NCBI GenBank assembly: GCA_951406725.2
Contig: OX597833.1
Location: 496,001 to 560,000, forward strand
Length of the DNA: 64,000 bases
Source: Octopus vulgaris
Lineage: Eukaryota
Reading direction: 5' to 3'
The notes under the pieces were generated by a model. That model had not been told where the DNA came from. It saw only the letters and a program-made list of their open reading frames with translations, and ran no database searches. The position numbers were made by a program, and so were the translations under genes. Shown here piece by piece: positions 51,232 through 64,000 of this stretch (position 1 is the stretch's first letter; each line of letters begins with the position of its first letter).

Positions 51232-51885
51232 ATGGATGCGAGTCCTGGACACTAAAGAAAGCTGACCAGAAGAGAATTAATGCATTCGAGCTTTGGTGTC
51301 GGTAAGACTTCTACGGATTCCATAGACAGCGAGGCTCACAAATGGAGAAGTTCTTAAGCAGATCCAACCGAAAATGTCGCTAGAAGCTAGGATCACCAAG
51401 CATAGATTGGCATATTTCGGTCATGTTATTCGGAGAAAATCCCTGGAGAAGGACATCATGCTCGGAATGGTAAGTGGCAAGAGAGGAAGAGGCCGACCAA
51501 GAACCCGCTGGCTTGACACCATCAAGAGTGATACCTATTTCTTTATTACCCACAAGGGGCTAAACATAGAGAGAACAAACAAGAACAGACATAGGTGTTA
51601 AGTCGATTACATTGACCCCAGTGCGTAACTGGTACTTAATTTATCGACCCCGAAAGGATGAAAGGCAAAGTCGACCTCGGCGGAATTTGAACTCACAACG
51701 TAACGGCAGACGAAATACCGCTAAACATTTCGCCCGACGTGCTAACGTTTCTGCCAGCTCGCCGGTATCAAGAGTGATACCGGAATGGACATAGCCAGTC
51801 TGAAAGAAGCGGCCCAGGATAGAACTGACTGGAAGACACTGATCCAACGAGTAACCGAGAGTCGACTTCGACTGAGCGGATAAAT
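51232..51885 (+). mobile_element. RTE/BovB-like LINE 3' fragment interrupted by a SINE
   Basis: [10 protein letters not shown]...AFELW...YFGHVIRR.SLEKDIMLG...RGRPRTRWLD. The SINE is flanked by the 15-bp duplication atcaagagtgatacc (51521-51535 and 51767-51781). Confidence 0.85.
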
Positions 51886-51959
51886 TGATAGATACATATA
51901 TACATTTGCATATGCACACATCCTGCACACACGTTTACGCACATACTACATAAGTGAGT

Positions 51960-52014
<55 letters not shown>

Positions 52015-52170
52015 TGTGCCCAGGTCGGAGCAATCTCAAGATTAATCAGCCGAAATTGCGAAGATGATCCGGTTCTTGGCTGAAGATTGAAGGCTTCGAA
52101 TGTCCCGTCCGTGTTTTTTGTGTCGTCTTCTAATGTTTCACGTTCTTGTCCCAGTTTGTATATTTTTTTC

Positions 52171-52215
<45 letters not shown>

Positions 52216-52646
52216 ATATTATGGCCGGGGTATACGTGTGTGTGTATGTGTGTTGTGTGCGCGTGTAAATATCCAAGAAAGCGGAAGGTTGTCTTTATCT
52301 CGCATATAAAACAAACTGTTACATGAGTATAAGATTTCAGTGCGGAAAAGTCAACCGTTCAGATCAAACATTTTCGTCTGATGTTTATTCCAAGAAATAT
52401 CCTCGGGTTGTAATTCCAAGTAACAGAACGCTGTAAACTGACCTATATCGAACACACATTGAATATTTGTCCGATCTCCATATTGATTTTTCCTCCACTT
52501 TGTTCGTAGTTTCATCGTGTGCCATCTTGCTTATATGCACTACACTGTCTGTACTATACGTCTGTGTGTCCCCCTTTCTCTTTCTGTACTACACATGCAC
52601 GCATGCGCACACACACATACATATGTATGTATATATATTTGTACTG

Positions 52647-53030
52647 TGGAGGCGCAATGGCCCAGTGGTTAGGACAGCGGACTCGCGGTCGTAGGATCAT
52701 GGTTTCGATTCCCAGACCGGGCGTTGTGAGTGTTTATTGAGCGAAAACACCTAAAAGCTCCACGAGGCTCCGACAGGGGATGGTGGTGATCCCTGCTGTA
52801 CTCTTTCACCACAACTTTCTCTCACTCTTACTTCCTGTTTCTGTTGTACCTGTATTTCAAAGGGCCGGCCTTGTCACTCTCTGTGTCACGCTGAATATCC
52901 CCGAGAACTACGTTAAGGGTACACGTGTCTGTGGAGTGCTCAGTCATTTACACGTTAATTTCACGAGCAGGCTGTTCCGTTGATCGGATCAACCGGAACC
53001 CTCGTCGTCGGAACCGACGGAGTGCTTCCA
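52647..53030 (+). mobile_element. tRNA-derived SINE family C; related heads at 5790-5937 (-), 24317-24620 (+), 55150 (+)
   Basis: TGGCCCAGTGG A box, GTTTCGATTCC B box; 3' part shared with 9780-9940 (-). Confidence 0.8.
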
Positions 53031-53661
53031 TCCATATTTGTATATATATATGTATACATGCATACACACACACATATATATATATATGTATATATCTATA
53101 TAACTTACTTGGAAAAGGATGCGTGGCGTTCGATCATATAATAATATAAATAACATATAAATATATGCATATATACATACATATATGTACATACCTACAT
53201 CTATATGTATATATACATGCATATATGTGTACAGGACATAAAAATAAAAACGTTGAATACTATGAGAAACGAAAATACAAAAAACAAAAACATGGAAACT
53301 AACTTTTTTCAAACAACGAGAAAACAGAGTACAAGACATACAACACAAGGAATATTCTCCTTCTTCAGTTGTCCCTGTTTCGTCTACTCCGTGTTACGAA
53401 GGTAAGGACAAGACGCGACTTCCTTGAAACAATCCTTCCCGCAAAGCAAATTAAATAAAATTTGGAATTTTTTGCGGAGGGGTGAAAGTGGTAACAAGAA
53501 CAGGACAGTAAGAACAAAACAAGACAGTAAAACCAGTAAGGTTTTGGTCGGCCCGAGGCTATAGTAGAAGACACTTGCCCAAGGTGCCACGCAGTGGGAC
53601 TGAATCTGGAATTATATGGTTCGTAAGCAAGCTACTTATCACACAGCCACTCCTACGCCTA

Positions 53662-53701
<40 letters not shown>

Positions 53702-53887
53702 AAAGTTTACGAAAATAAACAAAAGATGAAGTCTGGTGGAGTACAAACAAACAAATGTATTAGTATAGCGCTCAGGAATAGAAAAAGTCTTTTACGTTTC
53801 GAGCCTACGCTCTTCGACAGAAAGATACACAGAAAAGAAACAAGGAGAGAAAAATGCGTGTAGGAGCTAACGATCTATCATGGCGTC

Positions 53888-54022
<135 letters not shown>

Positions 54023-54224
54023 TCAAAACCCCACCTCATCTCACACAAACATATGTATGGGTATATAAAATGAAATTCGGGATCAGTATGTGGGGCTCAC
54101 CTTTACGTTGACCCTATCTTGTTTACTTTGGCGATTTTTAGTGTAATACTTTATAAAGGAATAGAGTCCAGCTCAACGTAGCTTTGTGATATATAGAAGG
54201 AAAGAACTCCAAATTTCTTCTCAC

Positions 54225-54414
54225 CTGACCATTTTGGAGAATCGTCCACTAAGTCGGGTGTGTTCCAGGGATCATCTTCCACACTTGTATCTGCCACAGA
54301 GTCCCGGTGATTTTCATTATTTCCGATATGACTGTTGGTGGTGTGGTTGTTGTCCACAACAACCGGATGGCTGTGTGTCACGTTATTGGAATCACGTAAT
54401 AGCTTGAAACGTCC
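54225..54414 (-). CDS. SLC34A2: SLC34 (NaPi-II) Na+/phosphate cotransporter, first identified coding exon
   Basis: ctttag acceptor, gtgaga donor, 190 nt; GRFKLLRD...EDDPWNTPDLVDDSPKWS(E) carries the DPW...KWSE N-terminal motif of SLC34. The symbol denotes SLC34A2-like; paralog identity cannot be resolved. Confidence 0.85.
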
Positions 54415-54433
54415 CTAAAGAAAGAAAGCACAA

Positions 54434-54465
<32 letters not shown>

Positions 54466-54497
54466 AGACAAATGAAATTAATGCAAGAACGATATGT

Positions 54498-54909
54498 GGA
54501 TCTTTTCGGTTTGAACGGCAGTTTTTTCTAGCGGTGTCATATGAAATTGTCACCCATAATTATGACCCTAGTATCGATCTATTGCATTTCAATCAGTTTT
54601 AGGGTTAGGGGTGGGTGGAAGGGTATCTTTTTATCTTCACAAATGTAAATAAACCCAATCTGTTTCTTAAACGGGGGAATATTCATACAGCAAAGAATGT
54701 TTTCACCTCAATAGACGTCATTGATTGGTTGAAATTGCAGAAAGTGAAGAAAAAAACAACAACAAATATCTTACAAACCATAGAATTTTCTCAATAAAGC
54801 CAAGAGAAAAAGATATTTTATAAACACATTCTACCAGTATACGAAGTTTAAAAGTGTTTTGTTACGCGGAAATTATTTTTAAAAACTGCCGGTCAAACCG
54901 AAAAGATCC
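54498..54909. mobile_element. TIR element (MITE) in SLC34 intron
   Basis: TIR ggatcttttcggtttgaacggcagttttt / aaaaactgccggtcaaaccgaaaagatcc with internal ttagggttaggg; no TSD seen. Confidence 0.75.
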
Positions 54910-55221
54910 CAAAGTCGTTATTTCTTTTCTACTTGGCGCTCCATCGTCGTATTTCTGAAGGAACGAAAAATTTATTAAAATTTCAAAAACGGTATACAGA
55001 TGTAAAGAAGGAATAGATTTGCAAAAGTCCCCTAAAGCTCCTACGATAAAATTAGGCTTCGTTTTAATTCCATTAACATTAGAATGGATTAAAATAAATG
55101 GAAAAAAAGCGAACGACATCATGTGACATCCCAGTATTTATTTACAAACGTGGAGGTGCAATGGCCCATTGGTTAGGGCAGCTGACACATGCATATATAC
55201 ATACATACATACATACATACA

Positions 55222-55303
<82 letters not shown>

Positions 55304-56033
55304 TGTATGTATGTATGTATGTATGTATGTATATATGCATGTGTCAGCATATATATATATATAGCAGCTTGCTTACCAAGATTCCACGCAGTGGGACTGA
55401 ACCCAGCACCATGTGGTTGGTAAGCAAGCTACTTACCACACCTACCCCTGAAAGATAAAATTGAAAACTAAAAGAAATTACTGAAAAAAGAAAAAAATGC
55501 CTGTGGAGAGAGAGAGAAAGAGAGAGAAAGAGAGAGAATAAATGGAAAAAAAAAACGAGAAAATATAAGATGGCGGTAATGAGGGCGAGAGCCTGAGATG
55601 GAAAATGGAGGGAAAAAAGGGCGAAAAAGTTACAAACAAAAGAAGAAAATTAAAATAAAAATATAAAGGAAAAGTAACAAAAAATTTACTGAACGAAAAA
55701 AAGAGTAAAAGAAAAATATAAATAAATAAATAAATAAGAATAAAATAGCTTAAAAATAGAGAAAATTGGTGAAATTCGAGGAGTCCAAATATTGTCGGTT
55801 CTACGACAACATGAAGGTTTATTTTTTATGTTTTGTTTTACGTATTATAGGTTATTGTGGTATGTTGTTTTTTTTTTAATCTGCTTGTTGTTTTAAAGTT
55901 GTTTTTGCTTGTTTGTTTGTTTTTTTTTTGACCGGAAGTCGGCTGACTAAAAGGAATTAAAGGCCAGCTCTGTTAAGGGGAATACTTTGAGGCAGTAATT
56001 GCCCCTTCTCGAAGCTGTCGTTCGGAGTCGTTC

Positions 56034-56077
<44 letters not shown>

Positions 56078-56127
56078 CATTGACTTAGTTTAGAACAAGT
56101 AAACAGGGACGGTTTGGGGACAGATTA

Positions 56128-56706
56128 ATGGTGGTGATGGTGATAATGATAGTAGTAGTGGTGGTGGTAGTGGTGGTGGTGGTGGTGGTGGTGGTAGTTG
56201 TGGTGGTAGTGTAGGTGATGGTAGTTGTTACGGTGAAGGTGGTAGTGGTAGTCGTGGAGGTGGTGGTAGCGGTGGTGGTAGTTGTGGTGGAGATGGTGGT
56301 GATGGTAGTGGTGGTGGTGGTGGTGGTAGTGGTTGTGCTAGTAGTGGCGTTGGTGGTGATGGTGTTGGAGGTGGTGGTAGTGGTGGTGGTGGTGATGGTG
56401 GTGGTGGTGGTGGTAGTGTAGATGATGGTGGTAGTGTAGATGATGGTAGTTGTTACGGGGAAGGTGGTAGTCGTGGTGGTGGTGATGGTGATGGTGGTGG
56501 TAGTGTAGGTGATGGTAGTTGTTACGGTGAAGGTGGTAGTCGTGGAGGTAGTGGTAGCGGTGGTGGTAGTTGTGGTGGAGATGGTGGTGATGGTAGTGGT
56601 GGTGGTGGTGGTGGTAGTTATGGTGGTAGCAGTGGCGTTGGTGGTGATGGTGTTTGAGGTGGTGGTAGTGGTGGTTGTGTTGGTGGGGTGAGTGGTGGAG
56701 GTGGTG
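56128..56706. repeat. (GGT)n degenerate array with an internal duplication of about 290 bp
   Basis: gtgtaggtgatggtagttgttacggtgaagg occurs at about 56209 and 56503. Confidence 0.9.
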
Positions 56707-56784
56707 AACGAGACAATGGTTTTATCTTTTCTTTCTCTTTTCTTTGAAGACAGCTTTTTCGTTTCGTATCAGTTTTGCTGCTCT

Positions 56785-57260
56785 TTAACCCTTTTGTTAC
56801 CAAATTTCTGCTGAGATGCTCTGTGTTTCTTTCAATTAATTAAAAAATATCATAAAGAATTTAGTAAAATAACTTAGTTATCATTAAGCTAGTGTTAGGA
56901 ACATAAATTGTGACTAAGGTTTGGTGGAAGATTTTAATTCAAAACTTTTGAAAACAAGACATTTGTACTCAGAGCCAAAGGTGGTTGCAACAAGGTTGAT
57001 ATCAAAAGGATTAAGAATTGTTTCTCTATTATATATATTTTAACCCTTTTGTTACTGGATTTCTGTTGAGATGCTCTGTGTTTCTTTCAATTAATTTTAA
57101 ATATAACAAAGAATTTAGTAAAATAACTTAGTTATCATTCAGCTGGTGTTAGGAACATAAATTGTGACTAAGGTTTGGTGGAAGATTTTAATTCAGAACT
57201 TAAGAAAACAATACATTTGTGCTACAGAGCCAGAGGTGGTTTCAGCCGGGTTGATAAAAC
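56785..57260. mobile_element. Two tandem piggyBac-type MITE copies of about 230 bp
   Basis: Each starts TTAA|CCCTTTTGTTAC; the first ends tatcaaaaggattaa; bodies are near-identical. Confidence 0.65.
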
Positions 57261-58303
57261 AAGTATGAAGATCTTGCTAAATTTCTTCCAAAAGCTTGAA
57301 GTTCTTCAAATTTCCACCGGGCTATTTTTTAAAATACAGTTTTGCATGATAATGATAAGAATAGCTTTATTTTTATTTTTCTAAAAAGTTACATCGGTGT
57401 TGAAAATAGAATGTAGTAAAAATTTGAACTATTTCAAGTGGTTGGAAGAAATTTTATAAGATCCAAGTATAATGGTAAAAAGAATAGAAAAAATAAACGA
57501 AGAAGACAAAGGAGAGGGTGAGGGATAGGGAGGGAGAAAAAGTATGGCGGGGAAGAGAAAGGGAGAGCCTTAGGAAAATGAAAGAAGGAAAACTAGGTAC
57601 CGATAGAAAGATAAAGGAAACGTGGAGAGATATGAAGAACATATCTATTTCATTACTACCCACAAGGTTCTAAACACAGAGAGGACAAACAAGGACAGAC
57701 AAATAGATTAAGTCGATTATATCGACCCCAGTGCGTAACTGGTACTTATTTAATCGACCCCGAAAGGATGAAAGGCAAAATCGACCTCGGCGGAATTTGA
57801 ACTCAGAACGTAGCGGTAGACGAAATACCTATTTCTTTACTACCCACAAGGGGCTGAACACAGAGGGGACAAACAAGGACAGACAAATAGATTAAGTCGA
57901 TTATATCGACCCCAGTGCGTAACTGGTACTTATTTAATCGACCCCCGAAAGGATGAAAGGCAAAGTCGACCTCGGCGGAATTTGAACTCGGAACGTAACG
58001 GCAGACGAAATACGGCTACGCATTTCGCCCGGCGTGCTAACGTTTCTGCCAGCTCACCGTCCTTTTAATATGAAGAACATATCAACGTATGAAGAATTGA
58101 AAGAATGAGATAGAAAGAAGAAAGAGGAAGAGCGAGGGAGGGGGAGGGACGGAGAGGAATGGAGAGAGAGAGGGGGGAAGGAGGGAGGGGAGGGGGAGAG
58201 GGAGGGAGAGAGAGTTGTGAACGAGAGTAAAGCGGGCGTTTACGCGTGCGCACGCGTGTGCCTGTGTCGCTGAGTTTGTCTATATATGTGTGTGTAACTT
58301 GAC

Positions 58304-58320
58304 TGGCCCCCTAGTGGCTA
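58304..58320. promoter_or_regulatory. CTCF-like motif near a CpG palindrome
   Basis: TGGCCCCCTAGTGGCTA closely matches the CTCF core GCCCCCTAGTGGC. Confidence 0.4.
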
Positions 58321-58500
58321 GTAAAAAAACAAAAGGCGTGACTTGCATGCTTATTATACAAATATTGATACGTGTTCTACGTGTGTGTCGAAAAGTAATG
58401 CCAGCTTCATTTTGATGTACACTACATGTTCCTGTGTTGGTAATTATACCTGTCCTAAACAAAACAGCTGGTCCTCTGTGGATCACATCCCTACTCCTCA

Positions 58501-58673
58501 AACCCTAACCCTAACCCTAACCCTAACCCTAACCCAAACCCAAACCCAAACCCTAACCCTAACCCTAACCCTAACCCTAACCCTAACCCAACCCTAACCC
58601 AAACCCTAACCCAAACCCTAACCGTAACCCTAATCCTAACCCCTAACCCCTAACCCTAACCCTAACCCTAACC
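58501..58673 (-). repeat. Interstitial telomeric repeat (TTAGGG)n with TTTGGG variants
   Basis: About 29 ccctaa/cccaaa units. Confidence 0.95.
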
Positions 58674-58945
58674 ATAGTCACCGTTTCTCTCAATAGCAAT
58701 GTTCCACCTTCGAATGAAAGCATGTATCCCTGCCCCGTAAAATTCTGTTGACTGTTCTTTGAGCCACTTTTTCACTACCCCTACACTCAACAGATTTAGC
58801 GCCTTCAGACTATCATCTCTTCGGCGCCACGAAAGAGGGTTTGAGAGGCAAACATTATTCCAGTGACGAGGAAGTGAAAACTGTAGTGAAGAAGTGGCTC
58901 AAAGAACACTCAAGAGAATTTTACGGGGCAGGGATACATGCTCTC
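58674..58945. mobile_element. Mariner transposase C-terminal fragment, duplicated in inverted orientation
   Basis: Plus strand [26 protein letters not shown]; minus strand [35 protein letters not shown]. Confidence 0.85.
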
Positions 58946-58981
58946 AAATTCTCGTATATTCCATCTTCTGTCTTTCATTTA

Positions 58982-59118
<137 letters not shown>

Positions 59119-59402
59119 TCCACAGTGATCCGTAGGTAGGGGAGGTGCAGCCAGAGGGTAAATGTCCGAAAGAGAATCTGTAAAGGGTGGATAGAAAATC
59201 CAGTGGAAAAGTTCGCGGGTGATAAAAAATGATAGGATCAACTGGGGCGACCACTTGAGCGTGAGATATAAAGGGAGAGTTTACGAAAAAAAAAAAAAAA
59301 AGACGAAGACAGGGGGTGCACAAAACAAACAGTCGCCATGATAGATCGTTAGCCACTACACACATTTTTTTCTCTCCTTGTTTCCTTGTTTTTTTCTGTG
59401 TC

Positions 59403-59440
59403 CCTTTCTGTAGAAGAGCGTAGGCTCGAAACGTAAAAGA
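59403..59440 (+). ncRNA. Minimal type I hammerhead variant (family B); second copy at 53788-53825 (-)
   Basis: CCTTT-CTGTAGA-A-GAGC-GTAG-GCTC-GAAA-CG-TA-AAAGA; the other copy reads TCTTT-CTGTCGA with an identical remainder. Confidence 0.6.
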
Positions 59441-59526
59441 CTTCTTCTATTCCTGAGCGTTAAACTAATACATCTGCTTGTTTTGTACACCACCTGTCTT
59501 CGTCTTTTGTTTTCTTCGTAAACTCT

Positions 59527-59590
<64 letters not shown>

Positions 59591-59831
59591 CAAATAATAA
59601 AATTTTAATGAGGTTAAACATTCTATTCGAGTATATAATGATGGCATAAGATCATAAGACATGTATGCGTGTGTGGATACATGAAATCGAGGGAGTTTAG
59701 AAATTGTAAATAAAGTTCAGCAATACTACATATCATGGAAAGTAAAAGTCAGTTAAAAAAAACCTTATATATATATATATACATACGTACATATGTATAA
59801 TCGGCTAGTATTATTTTATTGGACCTGAGAG

Positions 59832-60258
59832 CAGCGCTGGATTAACCATTAAGTAAAATAAACACGTGCTTAGGGCATCAAGGGAAGGAGGGGGCACGAC
59901 AGAAGTGGTAAATAGTTTACGACACAAAAGAAATCACTTTAAACTTTGCTAAAATAATATTCGGGATACATTTATCTCTACTAAGTATAGATGCAGATGG
60001 GATGCCTAAGATTAATTTTGAGGATCTGATCAAAGACTTTGTAATTCAAAAAAGTAGGAGGAAACTTTTCAAATATAAATTAAGTGGAATTAGACAAAAA
60101 TAAACGTTATTTTCCCTCTTACTGTTTTGTTTCGTTTAGAAAAATAAAAAATTATTTTATGGTTTGTTATTGTTTATATTTTGAATTACATAAGCTTTTA
60201 TGGGGGCACCAAAATCTTTTAAGTGCTTAAGGCCTCGATGGATCTTAATCCGGCCCTG
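59832..60258 (+). mobile_element. Non-autonomous hAT element
   Basis: TIRs cagcgctggattaa / ttaatccggccctg, 8-bp TSD cctgagag/cccgagag, residual INFEDLIKDF..QKSRR transposase tail. Confidence 0.8.
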
Positions 60259-60677
60259 CCCGAGAGGATAAATGACAAAGTCGAGCTCGGTGGAATTTGA
60301 ACTCAGAACATAAAGAGTCGAAAGAAACGAGCTGGCAGAATCGTTAGCACGCCGGAATAAATGCTTAGTTGCATTTCATCCGTCTTTGCGTTCTGAGTTC
60401 GAATTCCGCAGAAGTCGATTTTGCCTTTCATCCTTTCGTAGATCAATAAATTACTCTTTTACTCTTTTACTCTTTTACTTGTTTCAGTCATTTGACTGCG
60501 GCCATGCTGGAGCACCGCCTTTTAATCGAGCAACTCGACCCCGGGACTTATTCTTTGTAGGCCCAGTACTTATTCTATCGGTCTCTTTTTGCCGAACCGC
60601 TAAGTGACGGAGACATAAACGCACCAGCATCGGTTGTCAAGCAATGCTAGGACAAACACAGACACACAAACACACAC

Positions 60678-60708
<31 letters not shown>

Positions 60709-61219
60709 CATACATATATACGACGGGCTTCTTTCAGTTTCCGTCTACCAAATCCACCCACAAGGCTTTGGTCGGCCCGAGGCTATAGTAGAAGACACTT
60801 GCCCAAGATGCCACGCAGTGGGACTGAACCTGGAAACATGTGGTTGGTAAGCAAGCTACTTACCACACAGCCACTCCTACGCCTATTTATATACAAATAT
60901 ACGGCAGGCTTCTTTCAGTTTCCGTCTACCAAATCCACTCACAAGGCTTTGGTCGGCCCGAGGCTATAGTAGATGACACTTGCCGAAGATGCCACGCAGT
61001 GGGACTGAACCTGGAACCATGTGGTTGGTAAACAAGCTACTTACCACACAGCCACTCCTGCGCCTATTAAGTACCAGTTGCGTACTGGGGTCGATCTAAT
61101 CGACTGGCCCCACCTTCCGCAGAATTTCAGGCCTTGTGATTATATTGGAAAGGTTATTGCTGTTGTTGTTGTTGTTTAGCTTAAGATTACCTTTGATTAA
61201 ACCACCGTTAACTGAAGTA

Positions 61220-61278
<59 letters not shown>

Positions 61279-61290
61279 GCACACGCACAC

Positions 61291-61336
<46 letters not shown>

Positions 61337-61657
61337 ATGACTTTTACTGGGTCGTAAAGATGGTGTTGCAAACTAAGTAGCAACTGGATGATAAAGAAGT
61401 CAACGAGTGAAGTCCAGGTTTAAAGGTGAAGTAAAAACAATTATATACCGTGAGTTTTTGAATAGGGACGGCTTGGTGAATAGGGACGAAAAACAAAAAA
61501 AAAAACAGGCGTGGGTGTGGGGTAAGAAGCTTGCTTCTCAGCCACATGGTTCTGGGTTCAGTCCCACTGCGTAGCACATTAAGCAGGTGACTTCTGCAGT
61601 AGACTCGAGCCGACTCAAAATGAGTGATCCCTGAATTAAAGCTCCATTGATTTTTCT

Positions 61658-61738
<81 letters not shown>

Positions 61739-62431
61739 CGCCGAGGTCGACTTTGTCTTTCATCCTTTCGGGGTCGATAAATTAAATACCAGTTACCCAC
61801 TGGGGTCGATATATATATATATATATATAGCGCAGGAGTGGCTGTGTGGTAAATAGCTTTCTTACAAACCACATGGTTCCAGGTTCAGTCCCACTGTGTG
61901 GCACCTTGGGCAAGTGTCTTCTACTATAGCCTCGGGCCGACCAGAGCCTTGTGAATGAATTTGGTTGACGGAAACTGAAAGAAGCCCGTCCTATATGAGT
62001 GTGTGTGTGTATTTGTGTGAGTATGTGCGTGTGAATGTGTGTGTACCTGCGTGTGTTTGTTCCCCACACCCTGTTAACCGGTGTTGGTGTGTTTCCATTT
62101 CCGTAACTTAGTGGTTCACCTAATGGAATAAGTGCCAGGTTTAAAAAAAAAAATAGTCGATTCGCTCGACTGAAAATTCTTCCATTTTCTAGAGAAGCCA
62201 CTTGCTAAAGAGGCTATAAGCCAACAGGTTTGACATCTGATGATACGCTGGAAAGCTAAGCACTTTACGGACGTGAAACCCAGGGCAATCCCATAAACCG
62301 GCCTTATGTAATTTTATCTATGTTTTATCTATACTGTTCTATAACTTAGAGAATGCTGCTATTTTGGATTCATATTTTACCGACAATATACATATATATA
62401 TATATACATACACACACACACATATATATAC

Positions 62432-62517
<86 letters not shown>

Positions 62518-63460
62518 TGTTATATTTCGGAATGATCATATTTAAACGTACTATATATATATATATATGCACACACGACAAGCTTCTTTCAGTTTCCGTC
62601 TACCAAATCCATTCACAAGGTCTTGGTTGGCCCGAGGCTACAGTAGAAGACACTTACCCAAGGTACCACGCTGTGGGACTGAACCCGGAACCATGTGGCT
62701 GAGAAGCAAGCTACTTACCACACAGCCCCGCCTACGCCTGTTGTATGTATGTATGTACGTATGTACTTCTTCAAAATTTCTCAGTTACTTACTCTAGCGA
62801 TTATTTCACACTGTGAAACATTAAAGTTTATCTGGAACGCAAACTAATACCAGAAGATTATTTTTGTTTTTGTTTCGACGCACCGATTCATCCGTCTCAG
62901 AGGTGCAAGAAAAAGATTTCCCACAGGTCTTGCATGTGAGCGATCTACTTCTCACAACAGGACACCACGGGACATAAGTAACGACACACAGACACACACA
63001 ACTTATTCACAGATGCAGGTGCGTGCATGCATGTATGTGTGTATACGTGCATTCTTATACGTTATGTTATTGTTCTTGTGCAAACACGTCAATTGCTAAG
63101 CAGGTAAAGGTAACAAGGTAACGTGCATGGGAAGATTGCAACCCAAATACAGAAAGAAGACCTTTGACACAGAACAAGCAATAAAAACACTTCATTATCA
63201 ACAAATAACTTTAAAACACATAAAAATCCACTAAATACAGTCACATCTACAGGTATACATGTATGTATGTATGTATGTATGTATGTATGTATGCATACAC
63301 TTACATACACATAAACATATATACACAAGCGCACGCATACATACAGACACATATATACCTGCATGTGTGAATATATTAATGCAAATATCTAACTATATTT
63401 CTCTCGTATTTCTCTCTATGTGTGTATGTGTGTGTATATATGTACACATGTACGTATGTA

Positions 63461-63541
<81 letters not shown>

Positions 63542-63545
63542 CTCC

Positions 63546-63682
<137 letters not shown>

Positions 63683-63836
63683 GAAATATAACGAAAGCTG
63701 TTACTCAGAGTTTCACGTTCCCGTTCATCGGACAGTTTTGTTATATTTCTGCTGCTTTTAAATAAAGCATATTACTCTACCTCTGGTATTTGGGTACTCT
63801 TTTTTTCCACCTTGTTTCACATTTATGTGCTTACTC

Positions 63837-63882
<46 letters not shown>

Positions 63883-64000
63883 TTACATACATATATATAG
63901 GAGTAAATGTAAGGACCAGCAAGTGAGGCAAGTCGATATACAAAATATATCAAATACACTCAATACAAAAAATGTGCATATGCATGCATATAAAAAAAGT

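Overview
AT-rich, microsatellite- and repeat-dense animal genomic DNA; the SINE types and repeat landscape suggest an octopus/coleoid cephalopod (inference). Three host genes are supported, all on the minus strand. (1) The 5' end of omega-amidase NIT2: exon 1 at 8161-8167, exon 2 at 1429-1544, the rest beyond the left edge, plus a candidate alternative first coding exon at 11289-11407. (2) A single-coding-exon MTERF4-like gene (17515-18657). (3) A 7-exon SLC34 (NaPi-II) sodium-phosphate cotransporter (36725-54414; start exon not securely found). The remainder is tRNA-derived SINEs, RTE and R4/Dong LINE fragments, a Penelope-like element with a 1125-bp inverted duplication, a nested hAT fossil containing a SINE, a solo LTR and a MITE, Helitrons, MITEs, a mariner fragment joined to telomeric repeats, and simple repeats. 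Most notable: (a) a tRNA-headed short element carrying a type I hammerhead ribozyme; (b) four further hammerhead families, including an A6U core variant; (c) a SINE insertion that split the MTERF4 stop codon and supplies the new C-terminus; (d) a mitochondrial-presequence-like NIT2 extension blocked by one in-frame TGA. Most ORFs in the supplied track are repeat artefacts. All coordinates were read by eye and repeat boundaries are approximate.
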